Part shown: piece by piece, positions 51,715-64,000 of the stretch
Layout of the letters: the number at the start of each line of letters is the position of its first letter
How positions within the stretch are numbered: the first letter of the stretch is position 1
DNA from: Octopus sinensis
Taxonomy: Eukaryota
Length of the DNA: 64,000 bases
NCBI RefSeq assembly: GCF_006345805.1
Contig: NC_043002.1
Location: 26,908,001-26,972,000 of the forward strand
Direction of reading: 5' to 3'
Made by a program: the position numbers and the translations under genes
The notes under the pieces: model-generated
What the model was told of the DNA's origin: nothing
The model's database searches: none
The model's input: only the letters and a program-made list of their open reading frames with translations

Positions 51715-52965
51715 AGAAGAAGGGACAGGCAAAACAGGTTGCTTGACCGCAGTCAAGAATGCTTATTTCTATCAAAGTTGGACTCCGGGCATGACAGACC
51801 CTGTAATTCACATATGCAAAACAGAAGGAATAGATAACGAATACGAAGTCTGGCGGTTATCTGTGAACATCATGTTTCTGGATTATAAACATATTGAATA
51901 TATATTCCATATATATTTTTGATATATATTTCATATACATTGCATATATATTTCACATCCTTCTTCAGCACAGCTTTCCATTGAAAAAGATTTATCATAG
52001 ATTTATCAAATGCTACGTACCTCAAACCTTCTGACCATGCGACATCAAAATATTTGAAGGAAGTGAGCAAAAGCTAAACCTACATAGACGTTTGAATTCA
52101 TAAATCTTCCCTCCAAAATTTTGCCATGCGCATTACAAAAATAGTTCCATAAGATGGGGAACAGTTAGGTTGTCAAAGGGAGTGAAAAATCCAAATAGTA
52201 ATATAATAATAAGAGTAAATAATTTCTATAAAGGCTTTTAAAAAAACCCCAATTATTTACTGGTAGAATTCGGTATGTAAATATAGCCGATTACCGGCAG
52301 GAACTTCTGCAAAGTTCAGTATATATATTGTATATAAGAAGAAGGGACAGACAAAACAGGTTGCTTGACCGCATACCGAAAAAATAGAAATAGCAGTCAA
52401 GAATGCTTATTTCTATCAAAGTTGGACTCCGGGCATGACAGACCCTGTAATTCACATATGCAAAACAGAAGGAATAGATAACGAATACGAAGTCTGGCGG
52501 TTATCTGTGAACATCATGTTTCTGGATTATAAACATATTGAATATATATTCCATATATATTTTTGATATATATTTCATGTTCCTGCCGGTAATCGGCTAT
52601 ATTTACATACCGAATTCTACCAGTAAATAATTGGGTTTTTTTAAAAGCCTTTATAGAAATTATTTACTCTTATTATTATATTGCTATTTGGATTTTTCAC
52701 TCCCTTTGACAACCTAACTGTTCCCCATCTTATGGAACTATTTTTGTAATGCGCATGGCAAAATTTTGGAGGGAAGATTTATGAATTCAAACGTCTATGT
52801 AGGTTTAGCTTTTGCTCACTTCCTTCAAATATTTTGATGTCGCATGGTCAGAAGGTTTGAGGTACGTAGTATATGAAAAATATATATGGAATATATATTC
52901 AATATGTTTATAATCCAGAAACATGATGTTCACAGATAACCGCCAGACTTCGTATTCGTTATCTA
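51711..52965. mobile_element. Rearranged non-coding element A-B-A-B'-A' (tandem plus inverted), PLE-terminus-like
   Basis: A occurs at 51711-51934 and 52333-52578. B at 52013-52304 is inverted at 52579-52869, and a partial inverted A follows at 52871-52965. (TA)n flanks. Confidence 0.85.
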
Positions 52966-53014
52966 TATATATATATAATATATATATATATATATTATAT
53001 ATATATATATATAT

Positions 53015-53103
<89 letters not shown>

Positions 53104-53787
53104 ATGTATGTTGCGAATGAATCCAGATGCATTTTCTCTGAGGAACTGTCAACAAATAGTGCATCAGGAGAATCACTCCCTCTATTCCTGCCTATTAATC
53201 GCTGTGGGATGAATAATCAGTGTTATTTTTATCATTATTTTTATTTTCTTCTCGTCACCCTCTTCTCACTACAAGTATTCTGGCTATCGTTGTTGTCGTT
53301 ATTACCAATTTCACCCGTTTTTCCCTTTTGTCTGTCTAATGTCGTTACTAGTGGTAAACTGAAGCAGTTTTTAAACCAACAAATGAAATTTGAAATCAGG
53401 GACAACGTACTAAATGACCCTTCTGAGAATGGTTCATCCATATACACTAATTACATATTGCCTTTTCCTCCTTCTTCATGTACTTGACCTCCTCATCTAC
53501 TACCGCCTCCTCTTCCACCACCTCCACCATCCTTCCCCGCTCCTCCTCCTCCTCCACTTCCTCCTTCTCCTCCTCCTCCTCCTCCTCCTCCTTCTTCTTC
53601 TTCTTCTTTTTCTTCTTCTTCTCACATAATGATTATACTGATTATTCATCTCCTAAGCCTACTTTTATCTACTTTTTGTTTCATCCCGATATAAGCAATA
53701 AAATCAATGACTGGAAGACGCACAGTGGAGGAGCGCAGGTTTGATGTATGTCTGATGGAATGACACTCTAACGTCTAAAACCGCAAA

Positions 53788-55059
53788 TCTGTATATATAT
53801 AAAAGGCATGATGTGTATGTGTGTGTGTGTGTAAGTGAATGTAAATTATGCATGTCCAAAAATTAGCACGCATGTCGCTCAAATTTTAGGACATTCGTCA
53901 CGACCCTAGCTGTATTTTCGTCAAATTATTTTCCCCCGAAGCAGCAGCGAATAACGGTAAAAATAATTTTGAGCCATAACTTTTAAGCATTTTCAAGTCG
54001 AAGAAATAGGCCCTTTGAAAATATGCGACGGTAGAGAGAGAACAGATTTTAAAATTTCGTAGGGGTTGTTATGTATGTATGTGTGAATGGCTTCAGTCAC
54101 ACACACACACGAACATGTATGCGTACAAATCACATGTATGCAATGTGTGTGTGTGTGTTGCCCGAGACACACTCCTTCGCAAAAGATCAGCTATTATTTT
54201 GTAAACAATGTTTCGAAACTGTTGCATTTTGTAAATAATGTTTCGAAAATAGGTGTATGTACGTATATGTGTGTGTGTGTGTGTGTGAGTGTGTGTGTGT
54301 TGCTCATATATATATACTTAGTCGTGATCTGTACATAACCGCTTCTCACACAGAGGATCGGGGGTCCTTTTGGGCGTTCTATTTTCTTTGCTGGAAGGGT
54401 ACCCAAGCCATGGGCAAAGGGGGGGGGTGTTATATGATGGGGGTGGTGTTTTCAAAAGGGTTGGCATATGCAACCTGATCACCTCTGCCGATCAAACTCC
54501 CAACCCATGCGCTCCCGTCATGACCCTGATTCTGCAGAACTGGGTTGGGTATGAAAACCAACTTTAAAGTATAAATATTGATGTATTTGAATCAGCAATG
54601 TTGTGTTCGGTTAAGTCCTATTTGGAGTGGAAAATCAATAAACTGATTCCTTATGGGGTTTTCTATTTAATCAGGATAAAAAAAAATCGACAAACCGATT
54701 TCTTATAGGACTTCCCACTAAAATTGGCTACATCCCCATTCTCAAGCATAACCTTTACCAATTTTGATGTATTTTGTTCTTGATGCCAGTATTACTTAGG
54801 ACTTGTGGGATCTTTGAATGCTTTATGTTCTCCAAAAACGAAAACAAAAATCGATGAGGAGAAAAAATCGATAAACCGATACCGTATGGAATCTCCCAAT
54901 TAAATTGTCCGCAACTCATTTTCAGCCAAAAATTTACCAATTTCAATGGATTTCGTTCAAGTTTGACGTCGATATTACTCAGTTTGGTTTGAAATAAAAA
55001 AGCTTGATTAGCTTAATAATCCTAACTTAACCCCGAGCAAACCCGGGTTATACTGCTAG
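53788..55059 (+). mobile_element. Non-autonomous Helitron
   Basis: 5' a|TCTGTATATATATAAAAGG, then a 3' hairpin AACCCCG-AGCAAAC-CCGGGTT followed by CTAG|t. Inserted at AT with no TSD. Confidence 0.85.
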
Positions 55060-55527
55060 TATTCCGTAAATGTTTATGTCAACTGCAGTAGCAAGCAGCC
55101 ACGCGTATTTGACCATAATATTATAGCATGTACAATGATTTTCCTAATTACAAACGTGTATAGACAAAGGAAGCCAAATCTCTCCCAAGTGATGTAATTT
55201 CAATCTTTGCTAGACAACACATTGGAGTTGTCCTTGTTGCATATAAAAATCTGAACAAATTTACTGTACCTTTCTGTCATCGGCTTGCTTTTGAAATGAA
55301 ACCTACGGTTATACAGCAATGAAGATTTAAAAATGAGAGATAGGAACTGCACAGCATAACTTATACATTGAAAGAAACTTCATTTTAAAGTATTTCATTT
55401 CTGTTTTAGGTCACTTTAATGAATTACATTGATGTTCAACAAAACAATATTTTTGAATTATCTGGCATATCGTACAGTCATTTTATTATACATCTACATA
55501 TATAAAATGTATTTTCTATAAAGAGTT

Positions 55528-55581
<54 letters not shown>

Positions 55582-55621
55582 TTGACTTAGAAGAGACATA
55601 GAGATAGGTGGTAGAGAAACT

Positions 55622-55846
55622 TATATGCGAGCTTGCTGAAAAGTTCCTTGCTTTAAGGGTGACGAGGAAGTCCTGGCTGTTCGGTCCAAGCCTCCGAGTT
55701 CTTTTACAGAACTTGGAAAAAATTAGCAACCGCTGCAATCCGTGTGTGAATTTGAGAGGGTAATATGTGGAATAAATTCATAATTAACTGATCCTCCTGT
55801 AATTTCATTTACCCATACCCAGGAACTTTTCTGCACCCACTCCATA
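55622..55846. mobile_element. Mariner-derived MITE
   Basis: Diverged TIRs TATGCGAGCTTGCTGAAAAGTTCCT / AGGAACTTTTCTGCACCCACTCCATA. The internal remnant KLSNRCNPCVNLRG*Y resembles a mariner C-terminus. Confidence 0.7.
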
Positions 55847-58309
55847 TTTGATCATAAAATAGAAAATAAAGAGCAGTTGATAACGAGATGGCTATCGCAC
55901 CAATCATATCTTCTCTTATCTTCATTTGGTAAGGATGATAAAGAAATGCATGTGCAACTTGGAGGATTGAGGAATATACGAAATACTGCAATTTGCTTGT
56001 AGATGTCTTTGTATTTCGTCGAAACAATCATACATGCATACATATCTATAAGTGTGTGTATGCGTGTGTTCATGTATTTGTGTTTATGAGTGTGTTAATT
56101 CACATATCTTTCTTTCTCTACGTGCGATAATGTACTTCTTTTAAACATTCAGTATACTGTACTACTGTATCAATGTCGTCACTAAACAATACCCAATAAA
56201 AACAGTATGGTAAGATTAATAAGTATTTATGTCGAGGAATCTAAAGTCACACTGCTGCTATACACAGAAATAGCAAAGACCACAATGGAAGTAAGTTTGC
56301 CAAGAACTACCATTAACACGCAACGGCTTTTGGTTCACAAACACTGATACCGTACCCTGTCTCTCCTACAACTAACATAACGGTCTCTACCAACCCTTAT
56401 ACCTAGCTAGGACCGCACTACCACCACCATCAGCATAACCTTCCCGGCCTTCATATCTCTTACTCCTCTAGTCAGCCATTTTGTATGTCCCCTCTGAAAT
56501 TCCACACTAACACAATTAGGCAAATGCCAGTGTGTCGATATGCTCCCTCATCAGATCAGTGACACTTGAATTTTCTTCTCGATTTTATTCGCGTCACTGA
56601 CGCCTGCTCGCAGTTAATATCATAAACAATAATCTGACCAGCATCGGTGGAGGTGGGTGCGAAACCATTGCCATAGTATGTTCCTCTAGAATGAAACTAA
56701 AAAAGACACATAGTTGTAAGACACATAATCCTTCAGTAACTAGCGTTAAAAAATGTGTTCATTGTATTTTGTATTCTGATATTAATTGCTTAATTATACT
56801 ATTCGTGGGTGTCATTCAGTCTGGTAATTTATTGACATAGAAATATTGACAAAGTTACAAATAATCTTTTATTTCACGGCAGCGGTTGCTGTCTCCAGTG
56901 GTGTTATGGCATATTTATTTAACCCCGGGGTAGATTCTTTACAAAGCTATTCCATCTGTGATGATATAGGATTTTTTTCTAGGTGTACTTTAGGACTACG
57001 TTAATGTATTCTTTTTTTAATATAGATGGATGTAATTGAGGAAGTTTGACTGCACTTTTTAGCAGATCACTTTACTGTTTATAGGCTCATCTCATTGGTT
57101 CATGTTGTGTTAGTTGTTGGGAATTTTAGTATGTGTAGCTTGAGTCTCTAATTAGATTACTTCAATGTCTGGAAGGAGACATGCTGTCGTATGTGACTAC
57201 ACACAAACACAAAATATATTAAGAATGTCATTTGTATATTTGCACACACATCGTTACAGAAAATATATTTTATTGGTCCCGAATTAGAAGTGAAAATTAT
57301 ATCACGCTGGGTTTGGGACTATAGAATTCAAGCTATAGCCACAATGATTTATCCGCTATTAGATAGGGCAACTTAGTTGATTTATGACGTCACAGCCCAG
57401 TATGCTTCTTTTCAATACTAAGCATGCCGTTAAATACGTAAGTCATATTATGTATGTTATTAAATCTTAAATCATACAGAAAGGAACTTTTCATTGGCTA
57501 TTGAATGTTTCGCCAGTGTGAGATAGAATCGATTCTTTTCGTGCCATTCACAAAGACAAACCAAATATTGTTTTAGTAGTTAAGGTTGACAATCGGATCG
57601 GTCAATAAACTTGACACTTTACTGTTGTCAGATACAACAAATACCGTTGAACGTTTCCTAGTAAATTCAAACAGCACCGAGCAAATATATTTGAAAGTAT
57701 ACTGTGATGTACAGAATAAATCTTGGCTTTTCAATTTTACTCTTTCTCATTCTCTCATCCAAGTTCATTCAGCCGCCATCTCTTTTGCTTTCTGTATACA
57801 GACGCAGAAAAGAATAAAACTACAACAATTAGAAAACAATTGTGCTTAGCTAAGATATGTTTCAATGGGGTTTTATCGAACAACATTCGATGATTACTGA
57901 TCTTTTAGTTACTGCCACTGTGAAGGAAAATTTATTAAACTAATATGGTTACTGAATTCTTTCGGTTGGCAAATGCCCAGCGTTTTTATGTAAGGAATGT
58001 GGCGTATTCAGTCCAACTAAGTTTATTATTCTTTCTTCTTTGTTGAAGGAATAAAAGAGCCTCATTGACATTACGAGGTTGCCTGAACAATTAGGCCTCC
58101 CATATTTACACTGAAGCTTCTTGAAAAAAATAACGCATTGGATATTGTAACGCAAAATACGCAATGCGTATTTTTCAATCAAATACACAATCAATCAAAC
58201 AATCAATTAATCAATAGATCAAACAATCACTCACTCACTCACTCACTCCCTCTCTCACACACTGACTAAGTCACTCAATCACTCACACGATCAATCAATC
58301 AGCCAGCCA

Positions 58310-58479
<170 letters not shown>

Positions 58480-58915
58480 AGGCGTATGAATGGCTGTGGG
58501 GAAAGTAGCTTGCTTACGAATCACATGGTTCCAGATTCAGCCCCACTGCGTGGCACCTTGGGCAAGTGTCTTCTACTATACCTTTGGGGCGACCAAAGCC
58601 ATCTGTGTGGATTTGGAAGACGGAAACCGAAAGAAGCCTATCGTATATATGTGTGTGTGTGTATGTGTGTGTGCGTGTGTGAGTGTGTGTGTGTGTGTGT
58701 GTGTATGTTTGTGTGTCTCTGCTTGTCCCCCAACATCGCTTGGCAACCGATGCTGGTGTGTTTACGTCACCGTAACATAGCGGTTCGACAAAATAGACCG
58801 ATAGTATAAGCACTAGGCTTCCAAAGAATAAGTCCTGTGGTCGATTTGCTCGACTAAAGACGGTGCTCCAGTATGGCCACATTCAAATAACTGAAACAGG
58901 TAAAAGACTAAAAAA
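58480..58915 (+). mobile_element. tRNA-derived SINE (same family as 48945)
   Basis: GGCTGTGGGGAAAGTAGCTTGCTT...GATTCAGCCCCACTGCGTGGCACCTTGGGCAAGTGTCTTC...GTGCTCCAGTATGGCCAC...CTGAAACAGGTAAAAGA. Confidence 0.9.
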
Positions 58916-59975
58916 GTAACGAGTATCTATCTATTCATATAATATATATATACATACATATATATATATAACATCTTTTACACTCACGCACATACACAAA
59001 TATATATATATACGCACACAATCACACACACACACACACAAACACACATATATATAAATAAATATATACACGACGAGCTTCGGGCTTCTTTCAGTTTTCG
59101 TCTACCAAATCTACTCACGAGGCTTTGTGCATCTATATGTGTCTTAGTCTGTGTATCTGTATATACACAATTTAAGTGTACGAAATAAGGCTTAAAAAGA
59201 AGAATTGAAAAATATGAATTATTGTCGTTTACACTTGCGAATTATATTTTGAATTCAGCATACAAAGCCGCGAGGAGATCGTGATTTTCAATTTAGTATT
59301 TAAATTAGTCTCACTCACTCAGATATATATGTGTCTGTGTGTATGCGCTTATATATACACTCTCAGAATATACAGGTATATGTATTATACATGCATGTAT
59401 GCAATTGCGTGTAAACGTTTTACAGACGTATTCTGCCGCACAGGCCTTACAGATTACGTTGAAGCTTTGGTTTTTGTGTCATTATATTTCGCGACCAGGG
59501 AGAGAACTGTTTAATTAAATTCCAGCCTTACATTTATTCTTATCAAATTAGTAAACTCACTTTTCACTTAAACAATTAAATTTGAGATTATTTGTTCGCT
59601 CGCTTTGCAATCTACAAGGACGGATACTAAAGTGTTTCAGATATGGACACACTGCTGTGCTATTGGTTGCTTATTATACTACACTCAACCTTCTAACTCC
59701 ATCTATATGTATGTATGTGTGTGTGGCTCTCTCGTTATATATTACATGCATATGTATATATATATATATATATATGCGCACACACATGTATAAATATCCA
59801 TGTATATATATTATACATGTGTGTGTGTGTGTGTGTGTGTGTTGTGGGGTATAATCAATCATACAAACCTACTCTCTCTATGTACGCGTGTGTTTGTGTT
59901 AGTGTTACCGTGTGTCTGTTTAAGGTATACACAATATATATTATATTGAGATGGCTGCTGCATAAGGGACGCTTT

Positions 59976-59976
<1 letters not shown>

Positions 59977-60011
<35 letters not shown>

Positions 60012-60012
60012 A

Positions 60013-60090
<78 letters not shown>
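59977..60090. repeat. (GTA)n trinucleotide repeat; other SSRs: (CCT/CTT)n 53490-53620, (GT)n 63500-63635, (TATG)n 5197-5312 and 23181-23250
   Basis: Read directly from the sequence. Confidence 0.98.
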
Positions 60091-62109
60091 AAGACAAAAT
60101 GATAGCTCAGTGCAAATACATGCATAGTATAATATTTATTGCAAATAGTAAATTTAATCAATCTTCGTGATTTAAAATGTTTCTTACAATTTGCCGCATA
60201 AATTTACATTTAAGACTTTATTTTGCATTTATTGAAAAGATAGATTTATGTAAAACTAGTGTATCAAACCATTACCCTTTTGATATTTCTATAGCGTCTT
60301 TCTATTCTGAAACCAACATTTAATTCCTACTTGCAGATAGATTAGCTACTTCGTATATGATTTACTCATGACCGTGGGAATTAAAATTGCTATTCATTGT
60401 TTATCTAACCATTGCTTCTCTTTTTTATCCTCAGCTGACTTGAATAAAAGAGACAACTTTTACATAAAACTAGATAGCTTTATTGATTTTTCCATTTAGA
60501 ATTCCTATCAAAATACTCGAGCCATTTCCTTTAAGAAGGGCACAGAAGGTCAAAGAATCCTCACAAACAATTATAGGAAGTGTTTGTGGTCTAGGTCAGA
60601 AACGTTTCCACCTCCTCCCTCTGAAATTTCATTTCTTACTTGAAATAACAATTACATTGATTCGATTTCTCACTTAGCCATTAAAATTTACATCGGTATT
60701 TTTATATTATATTCTAATATCTGTCGTCTTTTATAAATTTAGAGGGTTCTTATTTTATGCTCGGTATGTCATTGATTAAAGTATTCAAATCTCCTCATCA
60801 AGAAGAAGTATTGTGAAGACGCGCTAACGTTACTGCAAGCTGGCCGCCTTATGATATAGACTAACCTAATAATTGCAGTTTATTCTATATAAGACATTGA
60901 CCAATACAAGAATGGTTAGAAATTATAAGAAGTGATAACAAGTGATAAACAATCATAGAGAGGGAAAAAATTAAATTATAATTGAAATAGCAAGGATATA
61001 ATTTAAATTTACATCTGATATTTAATAACTAAATAATATAAAGAATATAATAAGTACACAAAATAAAGCTGATTTGCAGCATAAAGCTCTTAGTAACATA
61101 GAATAGCTTACGCAATGTTATGAACCAGGTGACCTGGTTTTATTATGAATAAACATTCTATGTACTCGTTCTCTGATTGTGAAGTGCATGAATGATTCAA
61201 TACAGGTCATTAGTTTCTAACCCAACAGCAAGAATGCGAAATAAAATGCAGATGTAAAGGAGGCATAAATTATGGAAATTATTAAATTTCGCGAATATAC
61301 TCTAAGAGTATATTGATTCCGTATAGAAGAAAATGCTTAACCTATTTTACAGGTAAAAAAGATTATCAATTCTGTCTCATCTAGTTAGAGAATAATTACT
61401 TATTTCGATGCCTAGAATTAATAAGTAAATTATTTCACTAACTACAAAGCTGCTAATTGACAAACATTAGAATGGCAAGTGTCTCACCCTTGACTTATTC
61501 TATGGTAAGCTTACACAATTAACAACAGACCAATGAAATTTTACTTTAGGCTAAAAATATATTCAGCTACGGAGGTTGAAAATCTGAGCTGATTGATTGC
61601 AAAGCGGTTATTGTGCGGGTGAACCAATTAAATATCTAAAATGCTTGTCTTATAACAGTGCGTTTTATATGAGAGTATTTTGTAAGCAACTCTTGTTTAG
61701 AGTATAGTCACTATGAGTTCTAAAGTAACAATTACGATTGCAAAGTACAATCTACTAATTACTGTATTGCTATGTTTATGAGAATGCCTATTGTAGCTCT
61801 ACAAATTATCACGATTATGCATTTCGTGTAGTGAACTAGTAGGAACAGATGTCGGCTATGGGCTTAAATTTCCCTGCTAGACTAAAGAAAAATTTTTTTA
61901 ATTACATAGTATGAAACTCACTGACAGTATTACCCTTAACTTTTAATTTTTTAGTTCTAAAATTCTATTTTTCTATATATTCTTATATGCATAGATACGT
62001 TTATTTTATCTTTTTATATATATTTATTGTATATATTCATGTTTAAATCTTATTTTATTTATATTTTTAAATGACATATCTTTTAATATTTTATGTATAT
62101 ATGAATAAG

Positions 62110-62400
62110 CTGCTCCGTGTCGGACACCAGAATGATATCTAATCACTCTAAGGAGCATTTGGGTGTCGGTTTGGTGTCTTGAACAAGATAGCCTAACTCA
62201 TGAGCAGGTAGAAACTCTTTAACCTTGGTTGGTAATCTACCTAGGAGAATGAAATCTCCAAAATAAAACCTGAGTCCCTGGAAGTGCCCGGTTTTGTCAA
62301 TTCTCATGTCATACAGGCGAAAGTCTTCTTGGGCCAATAGGTGGTGGGGTGCAGTACATGCCACACCCACTGAAAATTATTCATCTGCACAGGTACTTCT
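62110..62400 (+). mobile_element. RTE-LINE 5' UTR-like fragment
   Basis: CCTTGGTTGGTAATCTACCTAGGAGAATGAAATCTC and GTGCAGTAC...CACTGAAAATTATTCATCTGCACAGG parallel 4888-4923 and 5033-5076. Confidence 0.5.
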
Positions 62401-63384
62401 TGAACACTAAATCGTATTCAAATCATAAATATATAAATGAATAACGCTGAATATACAACTAAGGACACAACTAATTTCGTCTTTCGAAACTCACACATTT
62501 TCATCCAACCGAGGATATTATAGAAAGTAATTGTTCAACAACCCACACCCAGTAGATCGAACTCAAAAGTGCTTAGTACTAGCGCAAGCCTCCTAAACAG
62601 ACAGCTACTCTTACCTTAACATCGATTCAAAACTGTTTTATTATTTGTATGAAGCAGCCATTCAGAAGACCTTATACTTTTGAAGTGACTTTTATATTAT
62701 CAACGATAAATATTTTTCTGGTTTATTTCAATCATATTTCTGAGTCGTTTCCTGTGATTATTTCATTTAGTTATTTGATTGAAGATTTTGTTTAATATTT
62801 AAATACTTAATATCTTTTGAATCATTTCTTGGTAGATATCACTAAATTCTCTTTTAGATCTCGTCTTTTTTATACACTAGAAAATTTTATATCTTCAGCA
62901 AGCTTTAATATTTTTGTTTTATTTTTCCACGGAAGTAACCCATGAATGGAACAGCTAACTACTACTCAAATATTATTTGCAAAAAACTATGAAAATATCT
63001 ATTATTTTATATAAATTAATTAGGAATATAATTATTTCAAAGGAATTCACGTATACAAATTATACCGACAAGATTAAAAGTATATATTTCAATTAACAGA
63101 TAATTATTTATGGATTTTAGGAAAGCAAAAATGAATATCGGATTTATGATTCTTTGGCAAGTGAGTTGGTCTGGGATTGTGTACGGAAACTAAATCAATT
63201 ACACCATGAAAGGGTCAGCAAACTGCTAATTATACACATATACTGATAAAGTGCATTATTAACGTTAATTAAAATATGTGATGGCAGAATACAAAACCTC
63301 TCTTCCCATCACTGGCTCTCTCGGTATGTATATATCTGTGTGTATATATATGTTTATATATACATACACATATATATATGTATG

Positions 63385-63426
<42 letters not shown>

Positions 63427-63548
63427 TATATATGATATATAAATATAAATGATATAATGTGCATGCGTATATATGCGTATGATTGTGTGTGTGATCACAC
63501 ACGTGTATGTGTTTGTGTGTGTTTGTGTGTGTGTTTGTGTGTGTGTGT

Positions 63549-63625
<77 letters not shown>

Positions 63626-63699
63626 GCGTGTGTGTAAATGAAAACCGAGCTAAGAGGCCAGTAACATCAATTTGATCACCTGCTACGGAGAACAAGTTG

Positions 63700-63960
63700 A
63701 AATGCCATGCAAATTAAATTCTCAATTCCCGAATGCCCTTCGTTTTAGCACAAAAGATGGTAATGAACATGCAACTCGCTTTTGCTAGATTAGTGATAGG
63801 ATTCCTAGAAAAAGAAAATCTATTTCCGATCATGTTTATTCCAAAACTGAAAAATAAAAAAAATTTGGATGATTGTTTCATACTTTGGAGCAGTAATATT
63901 TTATTCATTCACTTCTGTAATGAACAGGCATTTTTTTAAAAGATGATTTAATATAACAAA
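63700..63960 (+). pseudogene. PLE reverse transcriptase fragment
   Basis: MVMNMQLAFARLVIGFLEK...LDDCFILW parallels MGTKAAPVLANLIMGYFE...LDDCFIIW in the 38.8-kb copy. Confidence 0.7.
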
Positions 63961-64000
63961 AAATATTTATCTTGTGTCTGGAGAGAGTCATTACTCTCAC

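Noticed and set aside
51920-51972. Minus-strand CTGAAGA...GAAATATATATC hammerhead-like string
   Set aside because: Stems I and II do not pair convincingly.
53100-53190. Tiny minus-strand string resembling a LINE RT motif (DALFVDSSSEKMHLDSF)
   Set aside because: Too short and degenerate to call.
55395-55500. Possible host exon after a TTTCTGTTTTAG acceptor
   Set aside because: No clear donor site or recognisable protein. It cannot be supported without RNA-seq.

Overview
AT-rich, microsatellite-dense eukaryotic non-coding DNA. The SINE families and (TA)n/(TATG)n/(TATC)n content suggest a coleoid cephalopod such as Octopus (inference). I found no intact host protein-coding gene, and almost all listed ORFs are microsatellite translations or antisense readings of transposons. 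The window is a mosaic of mobile elements: several Tc1/mariner copies and MITEs, a non-autonomous Helitron, tRNA-derived SINEs, RTE-LINE derivatives, and many Penelope-like element (PLE) pieces. The PLE pieces include one near-complete frameshifted RT + GIY-YIG copy with an ~800-bp inverted pLTR. The main hidden layer is catalytic RNA. There are about 15 hammerhead ribozyme (HHR) motifs in PLE-type termini, some with compensated core variants (A3:U8, U3:A8), and a decayed HDV-like ribozyme at the 5' end of an RTE derivative. Most unusual is a three-copy motif at 31.8-33.5 kb that has all three hammerhead strands in reversed order, which is none of the type I/II/III circular permutations. All folds were worked out by eye and need computational and biochemical confirmation.
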